From Candidatus Electronema aureum (GTDB lineage Bacteria; Desulfobacterota; Desulfobulbia; Desulfobulbales; Desulfobulbaceae): a stretch of DNA of 15,543 bases. The position numbers and the translations under genes were made by a program. This document shows, one piece after another, positions 1-5,742 of this stretch. The number at the start of each line of letters is the position of its first letter. Position 1 is the stretch's first letter. The stretch covers positions 1 to 15,543 of the forward strand of contig NQJD01000046.1 of NCBI GenBank assembly GCA_004284765.1, written 5' to 3'. The notes beneath the pieces are model-generated. The model was not told where the DNA came from. It saw only the letters and a list, made by a program, of their open reading frames with translations, and made no database searches.

Positions 1-208
1 TGGCCTTTTCTTGGCGGCGTTGACCAGACAGTTGTTGTGCCTGCTTGGGCCGATAGCCGCGTTCACCGCAATTACGCTGCAATTCTCGACCGATAGTTGA
101 TCTGTGTCGGCCAAGCTGCAAGGCTATGGCTGATTTCTGATGCCCTGCTTGCTTTAAGGCGTAAATTTGATTACGTTCTGCTTCGGTGAGTTGTGTGTAG
201 TTTTTCAT
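1..208 (-). CDS. IS30-family transposase, N-terminal HTH fragment (partial, continues beyond the left window edge)
   Basis: The reverse complement from ATG (208..206), with GAGGAG about 5 nt upstream, reads MKNYTQLTEAERNQIYALKQAGHQKSAIALQLGRHRSTIGRELQRNCGERGYRPKQAQQLSGQRRQEKA and stays open to base 1. The pattern LTxxER..I..L...G.S...IA..LGR..STI.RE..RN matches the HTH region of IS30-type transposases (compare E. coli IS30 InsI LTLSEREEIRAGL...RSPSTISREVQRNRG). It is missing from the supplied ORF track because it runs off the window. Confidence 0.85.
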   Translation of the reverse strand, partial: MKNYTQLTEAERNQIYALKQAGHQKSAIALQLGRHRSTIGRELQRNCGERGYRPKQAQQLSGQRRQEKA

Positions 209-300
209 CCGTGCTCCTCTTGCTTGGCGGTAAGAAATGAGCCATCATACTACCACAACTCACTTTTCTTACAACCAGACAAAAGTTGCACTTACAAGTT
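1..300 (-). mobile_element. IS30-family insertion sequence, one end only (outer boundary approximate)
   Basis: The transposase 5' end is at 208. The terminal inverted repeat should lie in the roughly 115 bp between 209 and the gmhA start at 323. I cannot place the exact terminus without the other end of the element. Confidence 0.45.
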
Positions 301-322
301 GAATTCACCGAACAATTCAAAG

Positions 323-907
323 ATGAACGAATTAATCCAAATCAGCCTTGCTGAATCCAAGCAGGCCAAAGATGCTTTCGCCGCTGAATCAGCAGGTAAA
401 ATCATCGAATTGGCAGAGCTGATCGTTGATAGCTTTCGCAACGGCGGCAAACTGCTTATTTTCGGCAATGGCGGCAGCGCGGCGGACGCGCAGCATGTGG
501 CAGCGGAATTTGTGAACCGTTTCCTCATCAACCGCGCCCCGCTGCCTGCCATCGCCCTCACCACCGACACCTCAATCATCACGGCGGTCGGCAATGATTT
601 TTCCTACGAGCAAATCTTTGTCAAGCAGGTGCAGGCTCTCGGTAAGCCGGGTGATGTGGCCATCGGCATCAGCACGTCTGGCACCTCGCCCAATGTGGTG
701 AAGGCATTGGCTGTCGCGCGCGAGCTGGGCCTAAAAACCGCCGCGCTGACCGGCGGTTTGAGCATTCCGGCGCATGGCGTAGTGCAATACTGTGATCTGC
801 TGCTGAACGTGCCGTCTCCCTCCACGCCCCGCATTCAAGAAGCGCATCTTTGGATCGAACATCTGCTCTGCGAGATCGTGGAGCGGGAGATGTTTGGCAA
901 AGCCTAA
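323..907 (+). CDS. gmhA: SIS-domain D-sedoheptulose-7-phosphate isomerase (GmhA/DiaA family)
   Basis: The product from ATG 323 is 194 aa (MNELIQISLAES...), the same length as E. coli GmhA. Motifs: GGKLLIFGNGGSAADAQHVAAEF, VGNDFSYEQIF, GDVAIGISTSGTSPNVVKA, RIQEAH. The ORF-track start at 167 would add 52 residues inside IS-flanking sequence, so I rejected it. Confidence 0.8.
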   Translation: MNELIQISLAESKQAKDAFAAESAGKIIELAELIVDSFRNGGKLLIFGNGGSAADAQHVAAEFVNRFLINRAPLPAIALTTDTSIITAVGNDFSYEQIFVKQVQALGKPGDVAIGISTSGTSPNVVKALAVARELGLKTAALTGGLSIPAHGVVQYCDLLLNVPSPSTPRIQEAHLWIEHLLCEIVEREMFGKA

Positions 908-913
908 TCGCCT

Positions 914-1879
914 GTGGAAAAAATCATGCCTTCTGTTCCCCCCCTCGATTTCAGCGGTCTCAACACCTATTCTCTGCACGAGCGTCATTCCAAGGTAACA
1001 GTGGCGGATTTCGCCCAAGCTGTAAAGCCGGGCATGACCGTGCGGGAATTAATTGCTAATCTGCCGAAACAGCTGGCAGGCAAGGATTTTCCAGAGCTGG
1101 TGGAACGGATTGCCGCAGCGGTAATCAGCAAGCGGCCTGTGCTGGTCGGCATGGGCGCGCATGTGATCAAGGTCGGACTTGCTCCGATTCTGATTGACCT
1201 GATGGAGCGCGGGATCATCTCTGCGCTGGCCCTGAACGGGGCGGGCATCATTCATGATGCCGAGATTGCGATGGTTGGCCGCACCTCTGAAGAGGTTGCC
1301 AATGTGCTTGGTGCAGGTGCCTTTGGTGCCGCGCGGGAGACCGGCGAAGTTCTCAATCAGGCGATCAACCAAGGGGCGAAAGAGGGCATCGGTTTGGGTG
1401 AGGCGGTGGGCAACGCGCTGCTTCAGCAGAATTTCCCCTTCAACAGCCAGAGCTTGCTGGCGCAAGCGCGGCGGCTTGGCATTCCCGTGACCGTGCATGT
1501 GGCGATGGGCACGGATATCATTCACATTCACCCGGCGGCGGACGGCGCGGCCATCGGCCAGTGCAGTCACCACGATTTCCGCGTCTTCTGTCGCTTGGTC
1601 AGCGGGCTGGAAGGCGGGGTGTATCTCAATCTCGGCTCGGCGGTGCTGCTGCCGGAGGTCTTCCTCAAGGCATTGACCGTTGTCCGCAACCTTGGCCATG
1701 TCGTGCAGCGGTTCACCACCGCCAACTTTGATTTCATCCGCGCCTACCGGCCCGCAACCAACGTGGTGCATCGGCCCACGCTCGAAGGCGGCAAAGGCTT
1801 CAATTTCACCGGCCATCATGAGCTGATGATTCCGCTGCTGGCTGCGGCGGTTGTGGACAAACTGGCTTGTTCTGAATAA
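914..1879 (+). CDS. Deoxyhypusine-synthase-like (DHS-like NAD-binding fold) protein; function uncertain
   Basis: Long ORF with core-genome composition, starting 7 nt after the gmhA stop. The segment VLVGMGAHVIKVGLAPILIDLMERGIISALALNGAGIIHDAEIAM resembles the DHS family core (G..xxxG....I..L.....VD.lvtTgGg.eeD). The start is either GTG 914 or ATG 926. The family assignment is from memory of the motif only. Confidence 0.55.
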   Translation: MEKIMPSVPPLDFSGLNTYSLHERHSKVTVADFAQAVKPGMTVRELIANLPKQLAGKDFPELVERIAAAVISKRPVLVGMGAHVIKVGLAPILIDLMERGIISALALNGAGIIHDAEIAMVGRTSEEVANVLGAGAFGAARETGEVLNQAINQGAKEGIGLGEAVGNALLQQNFPFNSQSLLAQARRLGIPVTVHVAMGTDIIHIHPAADGAAIGQCSHHDFRVFCRLVSGLEGGVYLNLGSAVLLPEVFLKALTVVRNLGHVVQRFTTANFDFIRAYRPATNVVHRPTLEGGKGFNFTGHHELMIPLLAAAVVDKLACSE

Positions 1880-1920
1880 TACAACGGTTTGCCTGAATTT
1901 TTCGTCGTTTGCAACGCGCA

Positions 1921-2185
1921 ATTTGCCGCTTGAATCGAGGCAATTCCGATTGGAATCACCCCGATTTCGATTGAAACCGGGACGATTTCGGTTAGAATCG
2001 CCATGATTCCAATTGGAATCGGGGTGATTCAAATGTGAATCAGAGCAATTCCAATTGGAATCGGGACAATGTCAACAGGAAATGCCTCGATTCCAATTGG
2101 AATCGTGTCAGTTCCGATTGGAAACGGGACGTTTCAAATGTGAATCATCCCGTTTCCAGTGTGAATCAGGACGATTCAATCGAGC
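1921..2185. repeat. Tandem array of 12 complete 21-bp units plus a decaying 13th, consensus GATTCCAATTGGAATCGGGAC, each unit carrying a 16-bp dyad-symmetric core
   Basis: Units fall in exact 21-bp register with no indels. They start at 1921, 1942, 1963, 1984, 2005, 2026, 2047, 2068, 2089, 2110, 2131, 2152 and (partial) 2173. The perfect palindrome GATTCCAATTGGAATC occurs at 2005..2020 and 2089..2104, and AATTCCAATTGGAATC at 2047..2062. Confidence 0.9.
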
Positions 2186-2325
2186 TTTGTGGCAGACAAA
2201 GCGGGGTTTCAGCCAGACGGCGCGAGGTTTGCTACGGGTGGCAGCGGTTATAGACAGGTTGAAGGTAATCTGATATAGTGTTTTGCTTTCATCTTTTAAA
2301 AGAACAATACATTTGATCGACTTCG

Positions 2326-3054
2326 ATGAGTATCGAAATAACCAAAGACAGAAAAAGATTGCTGTTGATTGGTTGCGCGGTATCAGGTTGGATGCTGGCG
2401 TTCTTCTTGGCTGTCTATCTTCTTAATTCAAGAATAGGAAATGATATTCAGCCATTTGATGAAGGAATAAGGATATTTGCCGCCAAGTTAAGCGATGAGA
2501 TATACAGAAAGACAGGGAATAATACAGTAGGTTTTGTTAATTTTACTGATTTTGAAGGAGAAGAAACAAAACTTAGTAGTTATGTGGCGCAAGAGTTCCT
2601 ATGTTCTATCTTGCAAAACAAAAGTATTAGCATTGTTGATCGCAGACACGGTGTAACAACTATTAAAGAATTGAAGCTGCAAGCAATGGGTATAGTAACC
2701 CCAATGCCAGATGTAAAAGTTGGAAATATTGCTGGAGCTAAATATTTAATTACAGGGAAGGCGGAATATGCTTCTGGCTATATTTCAATATCAATTCAGG
2801 TCATAGATATAAGTACAGACATTGTCATTGTTCCGGCAATAACAAATTTGATCTCGAATGAGATGGCGTATAAACTTTCTGGCCAAGAGGATAAAGACCA
2901 GAACGTATTATTTTTACTGTTCAGCAAGATATTTGATCTTATCAAAAATAATTACCAATGGCTTTGGACTGCCATTGCAATACCAATGATTGGTTGGCTT
3001 GTAAAACTGAGAAGAGACAGAAATGTTAAAAATAGCGAAGAAATGATGGAATAA
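2326..3054 (+). CDS. AT-rich bitopic membrane protein with a FlgO/CsgG/LpoB-like periplasmic domain (hypothetical)
   Basis: 242 aa. N-terminal KDRKR followed by TM LLLIGCAVSGWMLAFFLAVYLL, and a C-terminal TM WLWTAIAIPMIGWLV followed by KLRRDR. The middle (VGFVNFTDFEGEETKLSSYVAQEFLCSILQNKSISIVDRRHGVTTIKELKLQAMGIV...VGNIAGAKYLITGK...ISISIQVIDISTDIVIV) follows the pattern of the CsgG/FlgO/LpoB/TolB-N-like module. Sampled lines are 27-35% G+C against 55-62% in the flanks. Confidence 0.6.
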   Translation: MSIEITKDRKRLLLIGCAVSGWMLAFFLAVYLLNSRIGNDIQPFDEGIRIFAAKLSDEIYRKTGNNTVGFVNFTDFEGEETKLSSYVAQEFLCSILQNKSISIVDRRHGVTTIKELKLQAMGIVTPMPDVKVGNIAGAKYLITGKAEYASGYISISIQVIDISTDIVIVPAITNLISNEMAYKLSGQEDKDQNVLFLLFSKIFDLIKNNYQWLWTAIAIPMIGWLVKLRRDRNVKNSEEMME

Positions 3055-3061
3055 AAAAACT

Positions 3062-3193
3062 ATGGCCTTTACAGACTTCAACTCGCCCAATGAAGTGCAG
3101 AAAGCATACAGCATCACGTATGCTGAAGAGGAATTTCTGCACGATGTGCTCAGAATGCCATCAGGCGCATTTTTCCAGCAAATATTGATGTGA
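3062..3193 (+). CDS. Possible 43-aa small ORF or gene remnant immediately upstream of xisH
   Basis: ATG 3062 to TGA 3191..3193 gives MAFTDFNSPNEVQKAYSITYAEEEFLHDVLRMPSGAFFQQILM. It starts 7 nt after the upstream stop codon and ends 1 nt before the xisH ATG. It is too short for the ORF track, and I have no verified homology. Confidence 0.25.
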   Translation: MAFTDFNSPNEVQKAYSITYAEEEFLHDVLRMPSGAFFQQILM

Positions 3194-3194
3194 C

Positions 3195-3611
3195 ATGGCC
3201 GCGAGAGATTTATTTCATGAAGCCGTGAGGAACGCTCTTTAGAAAGAAGGTTGGGCAATCACGCATGATCCTTTGAGTATCAGGATCGGCGGAATCGGCA
3301 TGGAGATTGACTTGGGAGCCGAGAAACTGATTGCAGCGGAAAAAGGTGAAGAGAAGATAGCGGTTGAAATCAAGAGCTTTGTCAGGCCGTCGGCTGTTTC
3401 CGAATTTCACGCGGCGGTCGGGCAGTATATGAATTACCGCAAGGCACTCGGCAAAAGAGAGCCGGGCCGTCTTTTATATTTAGCGATTCCGAAAGAAACG
3501 TACAGCTCGTTTTTCACGCTTCCGTTCATCTCGGAATGTGTTGCGGAGTATCAATTGAAGCTGATCATTTACGATGCGGAAAGAGAGGCGGTGACAGAAT
3601 GGAGAAAATAG
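3195..3611 (+). pseudogene. xisH: xisH-family (fdxN element excision controlling factor XisH-like, endonuclease fold) gene interrupted by an in-frame TAG at codon 16
   Basis: ATG 3195 gives MAARDLFHEAVRNAL, then TAG (3240..3242), then KEGWAITHDPLSIRIGGIGMEIDLGAEKLIAAEKGEEKIAVEIKSFVRPSAVSEFHAAVGQYMNYRKAL...YQLKLIIYD, all in one frame. XisH proteins read ...ALxKDGW... at this point, so TAG sits where a sense codon is expected. The ORF track shows only the downstream part (3273..3611). Confidence 0.7.
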
Positions 3612-3949
3612 ACCGTTACCGTGATTATATCAGAGAAGTGATTGGCCGCCACAGTTCTCCTCCGGCATACGGCGATGCCGAGATGCAGCAGATTTTTGAT
3701 GCGGAACACGATCATTATCAGCTTGTTCATACCGGCTGGCATGAAACGGAACGTTTGTATGGCTTTGTTCTTCATCTGGATATCAGAGACGGCAGAATCT
3801 GGATACAATACGACGGCACGGAAACCGGCATTGCTGACGAGCTGGCGGAACTTGGCATCCCGAAGGAAGATATCGTGCTGGCTTACCAGCCGCCGTACAA
3901 AAGACCGTACACAGGATTCGGGCCAGAGGGGATAAAACAAACCATCTGA
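3599..3949 (+). CDS. xisI: XisI-family protein
   Basis: MEKIDRYRDYIREVIGRHSS...HDHYQLVHTGWHETERLYGFVLHLDIRDGRIWIQYDGTETGIADELAELGIPKEDIVLAYQPP matches the characteristic XisI pattern. The start overlaps the xisH stop by 13 nt, the usual xisH-xisI arrangement. The ORF-track start at 3536 lies inside xisH and was rejected. Confidence 0.85.
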   Translation: MEKIDRYRDYIREVIGRHSSPPAYGDAEMQQIFDAEHDHYQLVHTGWHETERLYGFVLHLDIRDGRIWIQYDGTETGIADELAELGIPKEDIVLAYQPPYKRPYTGFGPEGIKQTI

Positions 3950-4000
3950 CTTCCGGGCAATACGGAAGCGGCAACTGCTTGAACATCAAGGAGGCAAAAC

Positions 4001-4672
4001 ATGGCTCGAAGAAAACAATCTCGCGGCAAATGCGTCTTCTGCGGGCGGGAGCTGACGAAAGGCGGCATGGCGAAACATCTGCAAACCTGCCCGCAGCGCG
4101 GCGAAGCGCATCAGGAAGGCGAGACGGACCAGAATCTTTATCATCTGCAAATTCACGGTGCTTGGGGCTGCGGTGATTACTGGTTGCACTTGGAGATGCA
4201 GGGTGCTGCGACGTTGAGCAAGCTGGATCATTATTTGCGGGCAATCTGGCTGGAATGCTGCGGTCATCTCAGCCAGTTCATATTCAATGACCGGGACAGC
4301 GAAGAAATATCAAAACGCAAGAAGGCCGAGCTTGTCTTCAATCCCGGCCTTGAGCTGGTTCATATTTATGATTTCGGCAGTTCCACGGAAACGCTGATCA
4401 AAGTTGTCGGCGTAAGACAGGGCAAGCCTTTGACTGCTCATCCTCTTTATCTCATGGCGCGAAACGATCTACCTGAAGAGACATGCGGCGTGTGCGGCAA
4501 GCCAGCTTCTTTGCTGTGCATGGAGTGCATTACTGAAGAAGACGGGCCGGAGGCGGTTTGCGATGAACATGCAAAGAAGCATTCAGACCATGATTATGCC
4601 TTAATGCCTATTTTCAATTCTCCCCGGACTGGCGTGTGCGGCTATGAAGGTCCGGCAGAGCCGCCATATTAA
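4001..4672 (+). CDS. Cys-rich zinc-finger protein, possibly a pRiA4b-ORF3-like domain plus a C-terminal MYND/HIT-like finger (hypothetical)
   Basis: Strong SD (AAGGAGG) 7 nt upstream. The N-terminus has CVFCGRE...HLQTC. The middle (LYHLQIHGAWGCGDYWLHLEMQGAATLSKLDHYLRAIWLECCGHLSQFIF) resembles the core of the plasmid pRiA4b ORF-3 family. The C-terminus reads CGVCGKPASLLCMECITEEDGPEAVCDEHAKKH. Family assignment is tentative. Confidence 0.55.
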   Translation: MARRKQSRGKCVFCGRELTKGGMAKHLQTCPQRGEAHQEGETDQNLYHLQIHGAWGCGDYWLHLEMQGAATLSKLDHYLRAIWLECCGHLSQFIFNDRDSEEISKRKKAELVFNPGLELVHIYDFGSSTETLIKVVGVRQGKPLTAHPLYLMARNDLPEETCGVCGKPASLLCMECITEEDGPEAVCDEHAKKHSDHDYALMPIFNSPRTGVCGYEGPAEPPY

Positions 4673-4737
4673 GGGTTGCTCCCTGATTTTCGCCTCATCG
4701 TGTTTTTAAATTTTCTTTATAATCGAATGGTTCTTGC

Positions 4738-5664
4738 ATGAAAAAACTCATCCGCATCGGCACCCGCGCCAGCCTGCTGGCCGTCACTCAGTCCACTTGG
4801 GTAAAAAATCAGATTGAACGGCAGCATCCCGGCACCTCTGTGGAACTGGTGAAAATCATCACCAAAGGCGACAAGATTCTTGACGTGCCGCTGGCGAAAG
4901 TGGGCGGCAAAGGGCTGTTTGTCAAGGAGATCGAGGACGCGCTGTTAGACGGTCGGGTTGATCTGGCCGTGCATTCGATGAAGGACGTGCCTGCCGAGCT
5001 GCCTGCGGGCCTGCATGTCGCCATTGTGCCGGAGCGCGAGGTTCCTTTTGATGCCTTCATCTCGGTGAAATGCAAGTCCTTGGCCGAACTGCCGCAGGGC
5101 GCGGTGATCGGCACATCCAGTCTGCGGCGCAAATCGCAGCTCGCTGCGCTGCGGCCTGATTTGGAGATCAAAGACCTGCGCGGCAATCTCGACACCCGGC
5201 TGAAAAAACTGGATGAGGGCGTGTATGATGCGATCATCCTCGCAGGCGCGGGCCTGAACCGCTTGGGAATGCAGAACAGAATCACCGCGCTCTTCTCGCC
5301 AGAACAGATGCTGCCGGCCATCGGTCAAGGCGCGCTGGGCATTGAACTGCGCGAGGCGGACAGCGAACTGCTGGTGGGTCTTCAGTTTCTCCATCATGCG
5401 GACACAGCGGCGGCTGTGACGGCGGAAAGGGCCTTTCTTCTCCGATTGGAAGGCGGCTGCCAAGTGCCGATTGGCGGCTTTGCGACTGTTGCAGGCGACA
5501 CGGTGAACTTGACCGGGCTTATTGCCGCGCTGGATGGCAAGAAGGTTTTTAAAGAGCAGCTTGCCGGGCCGGTTGCAAAGGCGACGGAAATTGGCAAAAC
5601 GTTGGCTGAAAAGTTGCTTGCAGCGGGCGGAAAGGCGGTGCTGGATGAGGTGTATGCGGGGTGA
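4738..5664 (+). CDS. hemC: Porphobilinogen deaminase (hydroxymethylbilane synthase)
   Basis: IRIGTRASLLAVTQS, GGKGLFVKEIEDALLDGRVDLAVHSMKDVP, GTSSLRRKSQL, RGNLDTRLKKL, and the cofactor-Cys region LEGGCQVPIG. Confidence 0.95.
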   Translation: MKKLIRIGTRASLLAVTQSTWVKNQIERQHPGTSVELVKIITKGDKILDVPLAKVGGKGLFVKEIEDALLDGRVDLAVHSMKDVPAELPAGLHVAIVPEREVPFDAFISVKCKSLAELPQGAVIGTSSLRRKSQLAALRPDLEIKDLRGNLDTRLKKLDEGVYDAIILAGAGLNRLGMQNRITALFSPEQMLPAIGQGALGIELREADSELLVGLQFLHHADTAAAVTAERAFLLRLEGGCQVPIGGFATVAGDTVNLTGLIAALDGKKVFKEQLAGPVAKATEIGKTLAEKLLAAGGKAVLDEVYAG

Positions 5665-5742
5665 AGTAAGTAAAGCCACAATATTTACAGGGGGAGCTGC
5701 CGCTCCCTATCTAAAACTATTTTTTTTTCAAAGGATATAGAG

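Noticed and set aside
167-322. Upstream extension of the gmhA ORF (track start 167).
   Set aside because: The extra 52 residues (MITFCFGELCVVFHPCSS...) overlap the transposase start on the other strand and have no GmhA counterpart. ATG 323 gives a protein of canonical length.
1049-2032. 327-aa minus-strand ORF antisense to the DHS-like gene, extending into the repeat array. Similar long antisense ORFs occur at 4945..5679, 6579..7115, 12296..12769, 12773..13225 and 3783..4244.
   Set aside because: They lie opposite genes with clear homology, have Arg/Pro/Gly/Ala-rich low-complexity translations typical of GC-rich antisense frames, and lack SD sequences.
1921-2185. The repeat array read as a CRISPR array or as a CsrA/RsmA-titrating sRNA.
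   Set aside because: The units are contiguous with no unique spacers and are far shorter than CRISPR repeats. Only about half the units contain GGA, and it falls in the predicted stem rather than the loop, unlike CsrB/RsmZ-type RNAs.
2035-2273. Two plus-strand ORFs (2035..2253 and 2055..2273) encoding heptad-like peptides (DSNWNRx) across the 21-bp array.
   Set aside because: They stay open only because the 21-bp palindromic unit lacks stop codons, and both strands give the same peptide. There is no SD, and the substitution pattern preserves DNA dyad symmetry rather than the peptide.
3240-3242. The in-frame TAG in xisH as evidence of amber reassignment or programmed read-through.
   Set aside because: TAG is also used as the ordinary stop of xisH itself (3609..3611) and of the lipoprotein gene (15337..15339). 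No downstream recoding signal is evident, so a nonsense mutation or a sequencing error is the simpler explanation.
3950-3968. Hairpin CTTCCG-N7-CGGAAG immediately after the xisI stop.
   Set aside because: The stem is only 6 bp with no U-tract, so it is not a convincing terminator. The downstream gene is probably co-transcribed.
4718-4723. Perfect TATAAT hexamer 15 nt upstream of the hemC ATG.
   Set aside because: There is no convincing -35 at 16-18 nt, and the resulting leader would be only about 8 nt with no SD. That is not enough to call a promoter.
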